Shown: positions 24,125-39,267 of the stretch, in pieces
Numbering within the stretch: the first letter of the stretch is position 1
Layout: each line of letters opens with the position of its first letter
NCBI GenBank assembly: GCA_051047955.1
Contig: JBPGPT010000011.1
Coordinates: 496,001-547,349, forward strand
Origin: Cystobasidiomycetes sp. EMM_F5
Lineage: Eukaryota
DNA: 51,349 nucleotides
Reading direction: 5' to 3'
The notes under the pieces: generated by a model
Told to the model about the DNA's origin: nothing
The model's database searches: none
What the model saw: only the letters and a program-made list of their open reading frames with translations
Program-made: the position numbers and the translations under genes

Positions 24125-24367
24125 TGTTATTATTTGCAGACTTTGCCAAACTGTTGATATGCGTTGCCGTCGAAGCCAGCCAGGTCAGGAGCTACGGCTT
24201 CAAAGAGCCTGATCGATAATGAAATTTCTTTGAACAACACCAACATATGCCTGCGAGCGTATTGCTCATGTTATGATAATCTGAGCACTCTATGAACAGG
24301 AAGTCTTCTTCACAGATCCGCCGGAAGACATTTCGTAGTAAAGTTTTAACAAGACACTGCCCGAAAC

Positions 24368-25587
24368 ATGCGAGCCAAACGGTCAAAGGCCTACAAGCGG
24401 GCTATGGCTTTGTACACGTCTACGTACAAATTCCGCGAACCATTCCAAGTCGTCTGCGATGCCGAATTCCTGCAGAGCGCCGCTGCCCAGAAGCTAGATA
24501 TCACAGCCAGACTCGAAGCCATATTAGGCGGAAGCGTCAAGCCAAGTAGGCCACTATCGGAAATGTATAACGTAATCATCAGCTAACGTATTCCCTCAGT
24601 GATCACGCAGTGCTCCATCGCGCATCTGTACAAAGCTGGCGAGGCAGGCCAACCAGCTGTAAATCTCGCAAGGTCTTTTGAACGACGCAAATGCAACCAC
24701 TGGCAAACGAAAGAGACTGATGCAGAATGTATATCGGGAATTATGGGCACCGACGAGAACCGCTTTCGCTACTGCGTTGCTACCCAAAGTGCATCGCTGC
24801 GCTCGAAATTACGTAAAGTGCCTGGAGTTCCCTTGTTGTTTGAGAAGCGAGCCGTCATCCTCCTAGAACCGCCAAGCGATGCGAGTATCGGTCAAAAACG
24901 GAAGGTAGATTACGATAGATTGACGTAAATGTCCGCAGCTGTCTGATCATTTATGCAAATTTCCAGATTGAAGAGGGAAAACTACACGTTCCCAAAGAAG
25001 AGCTTAAACTTACCAAGCCCAAGAAGCGCAAGGCTGCAGAAGCTGTAGACTCGACCGTTGATGAGGTGCCAATCGACGAAGAACCCGTAGCATCAACATC
25101 TACTGTGCCCTCTGGCGCCGAGGCCAATACCGGTTTGCCAGCTGCAACCCGATCTCTAGTGGCGACAACGCCTATGACTGCCGAACAGCTGCTCGCGCGC
25201 AGAGATAGGTCATTAAAACGGAAGAGAGGGGGGCCTAAGGAGCCGAATCCGCTCAGTGTGAAGAGGAAGAAGTCCGCATCGAGTGACGCAAAGCGGAGTG
25301 ACGCAAAGCGAATGGTGCGGTTGGCTGGAGGCAGCAAAAGTGGAGGCAATGATGAGGACAAGCAAGGTGCAAAATTGGGTGCTCCTGATGCGCCAGTTAC
25401 GAAATCGGCAGAACAGCCCGAGTCTGAGACAAGGGTCATCGTGAGGGATCAATCGAAGGGAAAGACCAGACCGCAAGGCGACGGCACGAGCAAGAAAGCG
25501 TTGAAACGGAAAAAACTCAAGGCACAAAGGGATCACAATACGCAGGTTGCTGGTGGTGCTGACGTTGCACTGCTTGTCGAGGATTAG
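24368..25587 (+). CDS. UTP23: Utp23 (Fcf1-family PIN domain) SSU processome protein
   Basis: MRAKRSKAYKRAMALY...FREPFQVVCDAEF, KPMITQCSI, FERRKCNH, YCVATQ...LRKVPGVPL and C-terminal KRKRGGPKEPNPLSVKRKK. Two introns. Confidence 0.93.
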
Positions 25588-25646
25588 CCTTTTCGATTTG
25601 CGAAACGTACCCTCCTCTGCTTGCTTAGCTGCTACGCGGACTCGCT

Positions 25647-26012
25647 TTACAGTATCAGAGCCCTCGGCATACCGATTGACGACCCGCGATCCCAATATAC
25701 ATAGCGGAAAGGTCTCTTTATTGACGTTGAGGTCGTCTCGGTGGACGCATGGTCGGCTTCCGAGACTTTCTACCGCAAACGACACGGTTTCAACGATAAT
25801 CATCGATGGTGCAGAGTAAGGCGTACTGGATGTCTACGCCATGCCAATGCAAATGGTCTTAATGTGAGGCCGAGAGCGTAGTGCGGGGCCTGATTCCCAT
25901 TGCTGTCGTGTGTAGCAGGAATAGAGAAAGCAGTCATTATGACGGAAGCGTAAGTACTCGTTAATGATTCACGGTTAGTTGTGCCTTCTTCGTTGGTTAG
26001 ATTGGCAACCAT
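25647..26012 (-). CDS. Putative small spliced hypothetical protein (about 78-103 aa; ATG at 25937 or 26012)
   Basis: ORF 25800-26033 can be spliced through a 57-nt gtacgc...gcggtag intron (25770-25826) to give ...HYALGLTLRPFALAWRRHP|KVSEADHASTETTSTSIKRPFRYVYWDRGSSIGMPRALIL*. Confidence 0.45.
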
Positions 26013-26097
26013 CTCGCCTGGTTCTCTAGACACCGTCTAATGTCCAAAGCCGTGTTTCTAATGACCACCAAAATGCGACCGTATACTTGCCCATGAT

Positions 26098-29000
26098 ATG
26101 CATGCCATCACTGCTGCCGGTGAAGCAGCCAATGGATATGCGACCACTTCAGCTGGCACGTCGACCTGGCCAGATGTAGTCCAGGATGGTCACCATGAAT
26201 CGGTGAGTCGATGGAGTCAGCTCTTGCGCTCTGTACGGCCAGCCTGGCTGACTAGCTGCCCATCGTGTAGCTGAGACTGAGGCATCTGACGCGAATACTC
26301 ATCCGCAATCTCAGCATATTACCTCCAAAGCATCATCGGCTATCCAAGACTGCCGAATTCGTTGATGGTGCCCATGCAAGCGGAACGAGCAATGCTGCTG
26401 GCCCGAGTCGTGCGTCAGGCCGAATTGCTTTGGATGGCCGTCATCTCTTGCGGCAGCGTTTCAGTAGGGACGATAGCGAGGTGTCGTATCGATACAACGG
26501 AGAAGGCGATGAAGCCAGGTCTGGCGATATCCCCACCTTAACACGGCGGAGGAGTGTTCAAACGCATTCCTCACTTCGCCGTCCTCGAGTATCATCTCGG
26601 ACGGCAAGTAACGCGACGACCTTGCCTGATGGAGTATCCAGAGATTCAGTGACGTCGTCCAAAGGAGCACCCGGTGTAACACAGACTGAGTTGCGCAAAA
26701 CAAATGTCGACGAGAACGGCATATCGTCGGATCAAGCGGCTTTATCTAAAGGCCATTCGTACAATATGCAGCCTGACGACCCAGATCTCGTCTACGGATG
26801 GATGTCTGCTTCCCCACCAAGTCTTAATCGCAGCAAATCCGATAGATCAATACGAAGTGTCAGCAGTCAACGCTCATCGATGCAACGGCGCTTATTCGGA
26901 CGGAAATCGAACAAGGCTATGGCGAAATCGGTGCAGACTTCCGATGGGGAGGATGATGAGGATGGCTTCGACAACTCTGTAAAAGTTGCACATCTACAAG
27001 ATCCTCACAGTTCGTCCATTCCGCGCCATATATCCTTTCAGGCTGGCGAGCGACCGCTATTGCCTTTGGATTTGCACGAGCTCCAAAGCTCATATAATGC
27101 ATTCCCTGCCGGGCGAAACAGGTCTGCCTCGCGTGGATCGATTTTGTCGCTTGCGAGCGCTTCGTCAGGCTCGACAGTGCGTGCACTACCACTAGTTCAT
27201 ACCAAATTTTTGGCAGAACACGCCAAGCGGAGACTGCGCAAACATCAAGATCACACGCAGGATTGTAGCGTGTGCACTCGTATTAGCTTATCAATCCCTT
27301 GTCCTCACGAAGTAGGCTACCGCGATGCATTAAGCCGTGCGGCTTGTGCCTGTAAACGCTTCCCAGTCTACATTTCTGATCAGCATCCCAAAAGCTGCGA
27401 GCCCTGCTTTGACCTGGATGACGTGAATTACTGTGTTTCCGAGCAGCGTCAGACAGCTCTGTTGGCGCAAGATCACTTCGAACTCGATATCTGGATCGAT
27501 CAGTCAAATAACGGACCGTCCAGTGCAACCACGGCGAGATCACCTAAATGGCAACTCTTGATGCAGTGGAATATCCATCTAAATGGACTGAGTAACCTTG
27601 GTAGCGATGTCAGTGACAGAAAGTGCACAATATGCACAGCGTAATGTCGAGGTAGGCTGACATCATATGGACAGACTACACTATTTCCAGACCTGTTACC
27701 CCATAATTCCGTGATTTTACAGTTCACTACCTCAGATGACTATTACTTGGCTCGCCCATCGCAGGACTCTCAAGATAACCTACTGGATGAGGAGGAAGAA
27801 GAGTTACAAGAAGATGTGGAGATTGAGTTGCCTGATCACGCAGAAGAGACTGGCAATCTGTCAGACCCCGGGCCAGAAACATTCAGCAGACGAGTCCGCA
27901 GGAAGGCAACGAAAAGAACAGAGCTCAGTGACCGCGAGCGTAAACGTATGCTGGCTCGAGCTCGCATAATGCGGGATCGCAGCACTCGCGATGGCAAATC
28001 GGTCGCAGGTATCGATGATGACCAGCTGCGTCGTTTGGTGAAATCGGAGCGCCAATTGCGGGAGTCAGACCGCGCGGTCACCATATTGCGAGCTGAGCTG
28101 GACGGACTGATTGCAAATAGCCCGCTGTCTTCGCTGAGGCAGCGTGACGGCCAGTCCGCAAGCAAAGATCGACGATCTATTGACCTGTCGGCGATTCGCC
28201 GAAATCTAGGCGAGCAGCAGTCGCATCTTCAGACGCGGAGGATTGCTTATCGGACGCGTGTGAAGAGGCTCTCGGAAGCGCGGGCCGCCCTCAGCAGCAG
28301 CGAACGCAATCTAGCGAAGTCGGAGTCGGAGCACAAGCTGGACGTGTGAGCTTATGACCTTACATCATCTCACAGAGATCGCTGAATGTTAGCGTGCAGA
28401 AATGTCCTTACTTCTATACAGCTCACGTCTGCTCAACGGCGAGCAAGCCTCATCTCAGATCTGTCTGATATTTTTCCTATCGAGTCTCTGGATAACGCGA
28501 ATCTTCTCTTCACTGTTTGTGGAATAGCCTTACCTAGCGGCAACTACGAGATCAGCTCATCTGTCGCGCCTTCTAACTCAATTCCGATGGACGATGACAC
28601 TCTTTCTTCCGGCCTCGGCTACATTGCACAGGTCGTCAATCTGCTTGCAACGTACCTTGCTGTACCTCTGCACTACCCGCTGCATTGCGTTGGGTCGCGT
28701 AGTCTCATACAGGATCCTATCAGTCAGATCAAGGGCACGAAAGTTTTCCCATTATATTCGAAAGGCGTAGACCGCTTCCGCTTTGATTATGCCCTGTTCC
28801 TACTCAACAAAGATATAGAGCAGCTCATGCTGAGTCACGGCATGTTTGTGATGGATCTGGCTCAAACTCTGCCTAATCTAAAGCATCTCTACCTAACGCT
28901 CACGTCGGATGCGCCAAATCAGTGAGTTCGGCTTATTTTATTGGCTGTTATGTGACTGACAGCAGACATCAGACTCGTAGTCCCTTCGGGACCGGCAGCG

Positions 29001-29255
29001 ACGCAGGGGGAAATTATCGATACGAAAGATTCGTTTGGTGATGGAGATTCCCTGGCTTCCGCGTCTCCGTCACTGTCGTTCACAGCAAATCCCCTGCAGC
29101 CGCAGGTGAAAGCCCTTGGGCTGCAACAGACTGCCGGTAATCCTAAAGTCAAATTGTCGCAGAGTACGACTTCCGTCGCCCTGGAAAAATTACTCGAAGC
29201 ATCGCTCTTATTAGGATCACGCAAGGTCGTACGAAGTAATGGCGTTGGGCGGTAG
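26098..29255 (+). CDS. VPS38: Vps38/UVRAG (Atg14-superfamily) PI3-kinase complex subunit
   Basis: N-terminal LRLRHLTRILIRNLS, coiled-coil exon, then C-terminal LSDIFPIE, SGLGYIAQVVNLLATYLAVPLHYPL...FPLYSKGVDRFRFDYALFLLNKDIEQL...TLPNLKHL. Four introns; last exon boundary uncertain. Confidence 0.82.
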
Positions 29256-29307
29256 CGGAGGCATGTCGTAACATACATGACACTTTCGACACATTTGCAA
29301 TATTCTA

Positions 29308-31605
<2,298 letters not shown>

Positions 31606-31764
31606 CTATTCGAACTGAACCCATGCATTTGTCGACGTAAAGACCTATCCCCGTTACGGCTGCAGACCTGCTACATCCCACATAGCATACTGCTGACTAT
31701 GTCTCTCCAGCGACAAGCCTGCTTACGGTTCAGCTTGGCTTCTGTTACGCAGTCTCGCCCTAAC

Positions 31765-32269
31765 CTACTGGTTGATTGCAGCGGTGTCGCAAAACATGTC
31801 CACCTCACACAGGCGACCATGTCTTATCCTGCAAATCCACGCGGCTCTGTCATCGAGACTGAAACCAGACTTTGTTGTTCCCGTCGTCGACACTAACACT
31901 GTTGCATACTCGTCACCCGAAATGAGCACCTTGTGCAGCACGGTTCGCGCCGGTTCCTGTTCGAAGGGCGGTTCAGATATCGAGTATACACGAGATTGAT
32001 TGATGTCTCTTACACTCTCGCTAAAATATGGTGCTAGCTTAGCCAAGGTCATAGCAGCAGAGTGCAAGCCTTCTTGCCTGCCCGATATCAAGCAGGTCTT
32101 GGACGTTGGCGATGCAATGGTCCAGATGACGTTCTCGTCCACCTTGTGCCAACGTCAGCGGCGGCGAGGTAAGCGAATATCTACTCACGGAATGGTTAAA
32201 AAATCCAGCTATGTCTCCGGAGACGAGAGATGCGAAGAGGCTCTCCACGACAGACACTGTCAAACTCAT
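31765..32269 (-). CDS. SnoaL-like / NTF2-fold protein
   Basis: MSLTVSVVESLFASLVSGDIAGFFNHS|VDENVIWTI...VLISGDEYATVLV...AAWICRIRHGRLCEVDMFCDTAAI shows the ketosteroid-isomerase-like pattern. One intron. Confidence 0.7.
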
Positions 32270-32570
32270 TTCGAGGCAAGAAATTGATGATGGTATGATG
32301 ATAGCGAACGATGTATCTTTCTTTGCGAATGCTGAAATGCCTGTCAAAAAGTATCTCAACAATGCGCCATTATTGCATGCCGTGCTGTTTCTAACGGATA
32401 CAAGCACGGCGCACGCTTCGAGTTGTGCTCATGCATGAAGAATGAGACATGCATTCCGATACTGGTCTCAGAAGATCACCCTCCGGCGTATGAGATGCAG
32501 CTGTGCAGAACACCATTTTCGCATAACGCGCTGCTTCCACGAGTAGCGCTACTATAGACTGACAGCCCAA

Positions 32571-34110
32571 TCAACGAAAGATTTGTAGTGGAATCGCGCT
32601 TGTCGAGCTGAAGACACGCAGAATAAGGGCGGAACAGCAGGATTTGCCAGGCCCGAGCTTACCGTATACTAGCTTTAGGCTTCCTCACGAAGCTGACGTC
32701 TGAGAAATCTGAATCCCCAGGTCCGGCCCGATGCACATTCTCAACATCTGCGGCTACCTTGAGATCTAGAGCTAAGCGCAGTGAGAACAGGCCAGTTGGA
32801 ATGAGCGCTAGGACACCGAGGAAGCTCGCGTCGTCTGAACCTAACTTGCTTCCGTTCCAAATGCTGATCACGAATCAGTCAGCAAGGTGTCTTGCAACAA
32901 CACAAAAGTTCCTACATCTGCATTATGTTCTGCAGGCTCACGTTAGCGCGCATTGTCGCCGGCAGCCAATGGTTCATGGCTTACAAGGCTCGTAATAAAT
33001 GCATAGTACTGCAGCTGATGTGCTAGCATTACATCAACAACTGAGTTGACTCGCGTTGGCCCTGCTTCACTTTGCATATTCCCTCTATGCGTGTCAAGCG
33101 TCATGATCTTGTAGATCGTCAGGGATGTCGTGATGAGATCGGTCAGTAGCGCCAGTCCCTACAAAGAGGCCGTTTCAGTATGAGTTTTGAACTGTCTCCC
33201 AGCAGGCGAGCCTACGTAGTAAATAAGCGAAGACATATCGTCTGACGATGGTAGACAAGGTCCTTCTGAAAGGAGAAAAGGCACCACTTGGACCAGACTT
33301 TGTCAAGATTCCGCAGCACGTCAGGAGGGATTTTCCACTCACTGTGATCAGTGATCGTGGTTTGTAGCGTGACAGCCACTTCCGTACAGAGAAGCACCGC
33401 ACTCAGAACCAGAAACCATCTTGGAGAGCCCCACTGATGCGAGTGCGGGGTCAGCAAAGCGGCTGACCTGTCGGAAAATTCTACCCACTAGGGCATACGT
33501 TCTCAGCATCATTATAAGATGAGCCGGTGGAATCTACGAGATTGCTGTTAGTGGAGAAATATCGTTTCTCATACGAGACTAAACGGAGTCACCCAGAACG
33601 CCGGAAGAACGGAGAGAACCCAATATGCTTTTTGACACCGCTCGGGCGTCCAATTACCGTACCACAATGCCATCTGAAACGCCTTGTTATTCGATATTCT
33701 TCCGCAGCGGGATCCACTCACATAATATGATAACAAAGGGAAGCTGGCGTATCGCACCCATACATACAAGCCCTGAGGTTTAAGGTGAAGCAGGTCAATA
33801 CAGCGATGTCAAAGCCATTCAAACAAACACTCAGAACATACCTTCATCACGGACCACCTAGCCTGCCAGATATACCTTCTTTCACGTCCCAGAAGGGATA
33901 TCCAATCGTAGATTGTGAATGATCTGTGATACAGCGCATGTGTCAGGTTCACACGAACCATCTCGCCGCGTTGCATACTGACAGTGCGCAGGCTACCATC
34001 AATTGGTTCTTGGTGACCACAGCAAAGAACTGCGTAACAGGCTGCAGTACTGCCGTCTGTGCTGTGGGCGATAGCTGGCTAAATACTTCACGAGTCAGTA
34101 TATCCTCCAT
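32571..34110 (-). CDS. Multi-exon polytopic membrane protein, DUF6533-like
   Basis: Spliced segments ACALSFTIYDWISLLGRERRYIWQARWSVMK|GLYVWVRY, WTPERC, LIMMLRTYAL|WG and SLRLALDLK match the basidiomycete DUF6533 pattern. About eight introns; 3' end approximate. Confidence 0.7.
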
Positions 34111-34773
34111 TGTACGCTATCCTTGCGAAATATGAATTGGCAGCGGATGAAGGTAACAACAAGCCTCGAACGGGGGAGGGAGCCTACATCAGCGATGACG
34201 ACGAGGAAGGTCTCGGGTAGTAACCTCGAATGCATGTGCTGCTTACGAAACCCATATTCTATACGGTCTTCTTAGCTATAATATTTGTACCGAAAAGAGT
34301 CAGTGACAGCTGTTTCGAAGGAATCATTCTAGATCAAAAGTTATCTATCAGTCAGGATCACCGGCTGGTGTCTGAGAGACAGCAACTGATTAGCCATTAG
34401 TAATTGACGCCCCATCGCCACTTGGGCGGAATATCTACGGAGGCTATCCGAGAACATTCATTAGCAGATATTGTAATCAGCGAAGATTATCAAGAACGGT
34501 CCGCTTATATAGTGAGACCTTCACTGCGGATTACCAGTGAATCAAGGTAGTCATCAGGGCTGTCAGGTTTAGGATGGATAGATAATAGTCGAAAAATTGC
34601 GATGGCTTGAGTTGCATCATTACTCATGTTCCGAGCTCCCTGATATGCCATATGCCCGACGATAGAAATGCATATAAGCTACATTTATTTTTGTCGGGAC
34701 GCCCGCGTGACCGCCAGCGGTCATGGGGAAGGAAAGACACACAAACAGCCACAAGTCTGCTAGACTTGCGCAA

Positions 34774-35636
34774 CTACGATGCCTTGAATTTGCCTTTGGC
34801 AACGACGTTGCCAGTGAGCTTCCAGGTTGCTCCTTGAATGACGGTATTTTTGTTATTATCGAAAGATCCCTTAATTGCGGTGAAGGCAGCAACTGTGAGG
34901 TCGAGAGACGCAGGAGTCTTGACCCACTTGCTGTCAAAGCCGTCACAGATGAATGCAGTGATGCTCTTGCCCGTGCTGTTGCGTGTGCTGCATCAGTCTG
35001 GTCTATTTTTCCCGTATGTCAAGCTCACCTCGGATCAGTTACAATAGCCTCCCTGCCGCAAAACGCTGTAGCTGCTGCATTGTAATCGTTATTGTATTCT
35101 TTGAGCATTGTCGTGACATCGGGCGCGAAGCAGATCCAGTCATCTTGATACTTTGTCTGACACCACGATTGACCGTTGGTAGAGTCTGATCCAGAGTTTG
35201 TGCGGAACCACGACAAGATTGCGTTGGAGTTTGTACCAGAGAACGCGGTTACGCTGCCTGATGCAGACGATGTACTGCCGTTGGAGGTAGATGAAGAGGA
35301 TGACGAGGAAGTGGAAGTGGATGCTGCAGCGGCAGTAGTAGACGTAGATTTGGTGTTGCTACTGCCAGATGATGAACCGCCTGCATTGTATGCTACCTTG
35401 ACTTGGGTGTTTGAGTTCGTGTTGGCACTACAAGCTCGCCTGTTGTTCCTGGAACGCTTGGTGTGATGACGTCTGTGCTGACCAGCTTCGAAGGAGTCAA
35501 TCTCAGGATTGCGTGCGAGCATGTGCATTTGCGCTTCGATATCGAGATGAGGCCTTGCACCAGCCTGCTGGGCGACCATCAAACCGAAAGCGAAAACGAG
35601 GGATGTCCCGAGGACGGAGGGAACGGATGCCTTCAT
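34774..35636 (-). CDS. Secreted RlpA-like double-psi beta-barrel (expansin/loosenin-like) protein, paralog 2
   Basis: Signal peptide MKASVPSVLGTSLVFAFGLMVAQQAGA, Ser-rich linker, SWFRTNSGSDSTNGQSWC...FCGREAIVTD|TGKSITAFICDGFDSKWVKTPASLDLTVAAFTAI. One intron; clear paralog of 19566-20538. Confidence 0.75.
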
Positions 35637-36471
35637 GATGACGAACGGATGTATAGATGAATGAGTGTATGTACGGAGTCGTGGATGTCTATCGGGCCTG
35701 CCGATAGTTAGTTGAATGAGTTTGCGATGGTGGGTCAGAACAGACGATACGAAGGATTGTTAGCACTTCAGTATTCGCAGGAATGCGATTGAAATTAGCC
35801 GCAGCAAAGGCGCTCAGGCTTTCGTAATGCAAAAGCGCCCTCAACTATGAAAGTGCGGAATGTCACTTGAGCGCGCAGCATTTGCCACCATTCCAGACGC
35901 GGACCTCTCTCTCTCTCTTCAAGGGTCGTTGCCATTCGCCTCACCCGCTTTACCGTCAGCTCTACTGCCTCACTTCCTTATGTCGCACTCGTCACTCCTC
36001 TTTGACAGTCGCTTTCATTCCTGGTCGCTGCTCCGAGTTGGCCAAAGCAAACCGGCTGCCCGACGGCGTCCAATTGATCGAAAGCAATGCAGATGTGAGG
36101 GTAACCAGCAGTTGCGGCGCTTACAATTACAGGAGTAACAGGAAGGTAATAAAACAACAGCTAATATGAGCGGACGCGTTTTGAATGCCTATAGCGCTCT
36201 GACGAATAGCTATCATCTCTGCAGCCCATTACTGAGATCACAAAAGACAGCATAGCCCGAATCAGTGCGGACTGTGCTGTCCTGACTTGAGATGATCCCT
36301 CCATGAAATCCTATCGCTTTGCTGCTCCATACTACGTTACGCGCATGACGCGACGCGCGCACGGACCTCGGACGGATTTGCAAATACCGCTCACGTGCTG
36401 GAATGAGGTAACAGTGGACACGTCTGCGTTCGTTCTTGTCTGACGACGACGAAGTCATGCTACGACGCAGC

Positions 36472-37263
36472 TCACGCTATGGCCGGCGTCGATGATACGG
36501 CTGCCCGGATGCGAGACCACAGCTTGATGGTGGGTGGAAGAGGCTTGTCAATCCTGACGACCGTACAGTGGCAGACCTGTTTAGGCGGGGCATCTCCATA
36601 ATTCTTGGGCAGATACTGCTTGAAGGCTACATTCTCCAGAAACATCTCCTGAGTGATGCGTCTTTGAAGCAGCTCACTGCCCTCCCATCCTGCATAGTGC
36701 GCGTCGAGAAGTTCTGCGATGTTCCACTGTCCGACTTTGAGTAGCGGTAAGGACATGTACGGAGAGTCTGCTCGTGTCAGGTGTGGGCTTCTGATGACTT
36801 TGGCTGCTGATGACTGTGCGCTACGAGGGCTCGAGGCAGAAACGGTGTTGGAAGAGCGAGAGCTGATGCTCGATGACCTCGTAAGAGCGGTCGATATGGA
36901 TGATGCCCTCCTGTGGTGGTTCTTGTATGATGGAGATTTAGATGAAGCGGCTTGTGGTGCTATCCTGACCATCCACTCTCGTCTGCTGTTTCTGTAGAGT
37001 TGCACAATGGCAAATCTTCCTTCTGTGCGTGTGACTGAGCTTGGCAATGGACTGTTATCGCGTGACTGAGTATCGGATGAAGTGGTAGTGTCTGACGCTG
37101 CGGTAGAGTAGTCGAGGGAAGGAGTGTATGATGCGGATGACAGGACACTGCTTGTGGGCGAAAGCTCGCCAGCAGTCAACGAGGATGCTGGGGTGACGTT
37201 GACACGTTGGACATCCGCCGTGGTCGCGACTTTGTCGGAGGCTGTTTCGAGTGGAGACATCAT
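36472..37263 (-). CDS. Hypothetical Ser/Thr-rich protein, intronless
   Basis: 263-aa ATG ORF; low-complexity segments flank short ordered blocks (FAIVQLYRNSRREWMVRI; LPLLKVGQWNIAELLD). No family recognised. Confidence 0.6.
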   Translation of the reverse strand: MMSPLETASDKVATTADVQRVNVTPASSLTAGELSPTSSVLSSASYTPSLDYSTAASDTTTSSDTQSRDNSPLPSSVTRTEGRFAIVQLYRNSRREWMVRIAPQAASSKSPSYKNHHRRASSISTALTRSSSISSRSSNTVSASSPRSAQSSAAKVIRSPHLTRADSPYMSLPLLKVGQWNIAELLDAHYAGWEGSELLQRRITQEMFLENVAFKQYLPKNYGDAPPKQVCHCTVVRIDKPLPPTIKLWSRIRAAVSSTPAIA

Positions 37264-37891
37264 GACGGACAGGTGTGCAGTGAAGTAGGACGGTAGGAGG
37301 GTGGTGATTGTTGACTCCCTCTGATAAGCAACCCGCCTCGTCGGATGTTTGCAGACAATGTCAGTCGTCGCAGCGGTTGTCGTATATCGTTGTGCCGGCT
37401 GTCAACGGTGTGAAACGTTACGTTATCCAGACGTGATGCTTAGAAGGAAAAGGGTGAGCGGCTGAATTCAGCTTCAGCTTCAGCTTCTCCGCGACGAGGC
37501 TTGACGACATGGCTGGCATGTCCGAACAAGCCGCGTCAATTTTCAGCCTGGGGCTTGCCATTGTCAGCACAAATTGCTCAGCGAGGTCAGCCTTATTAGT
37601 AAGCGGAGAATATGGTGACGATGACCGAGGCTGGCCATGGGACACGTCGACAGCGTTGCAGGCAAAGTAAATACGAGCAACAGCCAGCCCTTGAAGCCTT
37701 TGGGTTATGGACTCGGTGTCGGATATTTTGAATCAATCGATGACGCCGGATCGCAGTATAGGGGCTTGGAAGTCTTGCTTTGCTGCTTCTACTTCACTAA
37801 GGCTCGCTGACTTGTGCACATTCTGGCTCATCTGCTGAGAATCCATCGCCTACTCCCACTGCTGCGCTCCTCGTCCATCTCCGCCAGAGCA

Positions 37892-39047
37892 ATGTCGGTC
37901 AAAGCTGCGACCGTCGATGTGTCCAAACAGCCGCCCTTCTTAAAGCATGACCCAGTGATGCAGCTCGGAGAGGGCGCTCTGTACCGTCCATCTGACAGTA
38001 CTCTGCACTGTGAGTGTGAAGACGGGCTACTTCAAGTGAAAAGCTAATGCCCAAGTATCATTCAGACCTCGACATTGAAGTCGGTCCTTCGAGCAAGCTA
38101 TTCATCGCACACATCAATTCCACAACAGATGAACTCGTCGGCAACGTTCGCGAAAAGGCCGTTCAAGGGTCTCGTTACGTTACAGCTTTGGCCTTTAGAA
38201 AAGATTATCCAGGAAGCTACCTCTGCACCACAAATACAGGTCTTGCGTATCTCTCTGAAGAGTCAGGGCAGCTCACGCATCTCCCCAACGGCCTTGGACA
38301 GATTATTGCCGAAGATGACAAGGACAAGATGAGGTTCAACGACGCCGCTACAGACAGTAAAGGCAGATTCTACTTTCACTCTATGTCGCGCGACGAGGGC
38401 AAGAAGGCGGGAAAGCTCTACATGTTTGAAAAGGGCATGAAAGGCGTAGAGGACCTCAAAGTGCTCGAGACCGGATTCGCGATAGGGAATGGGCCGGTCA
38501 TTGATGAAGAGAGGAAACGATTCTATTTCAACTTTACCGAGCAGGGGATTGGCTGTGAGTCAGACATCCAGTCCATTCTGTGTTTATCTCAATCTAACCC
38601 ACTATGTCTACTTCAGGGGTATACGACTACGATTCGGAAACCGGAGCAATCAGCAATCGAAGGGAAAACTTCAACAACAATACACGGCGGCCAGCGAGCA
38701 TTGCAGATCCTCTGACAACGATGCTGGGTCCAGGTCATCCAGACGGCTGTACGCTAGACAGTCGTGGCAATCTATATCAAGCAGTTTTTGCTCGCTCATG
38801 CATAGAGCGGTTCACTCCGTCAGGAGAACACGATTTAACAATCAATCTGCCAGCGAGGTGTCCGACATGTCCTGTGTTTGGAGGTAAGAACTTGGATAAG
38901 CTGTTTGTCATTACGGCCAGCGAGGCCCTACAGCCGGGAGAAGCGGAGTTATTGGGAGATCAGGGAGGGAATGTCTTATGCATAAGCCTAAAGGAGCATC
39001 TGCCTAGCGGGGCAAAAGGAATAGTAAAGCATGATTTTGTTGATTAG
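37892..39047 (+). CDS. SMP-30/gluconolactonase/regucalcin-family beta-propeller
   Basis: QLGEGALY, RFNDAATDSKGRFY, IGNGP, HPDGCTLDSRGNLY, RCPTCPVFGGKNLDKLFVITA. Two introns. Confidence 0.9.
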
Positions 39048-39267
39048 ACGTTTGTAAGCAGGACAGTCCGCATTTCCGGAAGCCCTCGATTCAGACTGAT
39101 CACACGTAGCAGGAATAAGGCGATGGAATGTAAATTGCAGCTGGAAGAAAAGACGCTCTCCGCCAATTTAGTGACGTACGTTTCGCCGGCGAGCTTCGAA
39201 ACTACGAGATTGATTTGCAGTAATTATAAATACTTGGTGAACTATTCCCTTCACGATTATGACTGGA

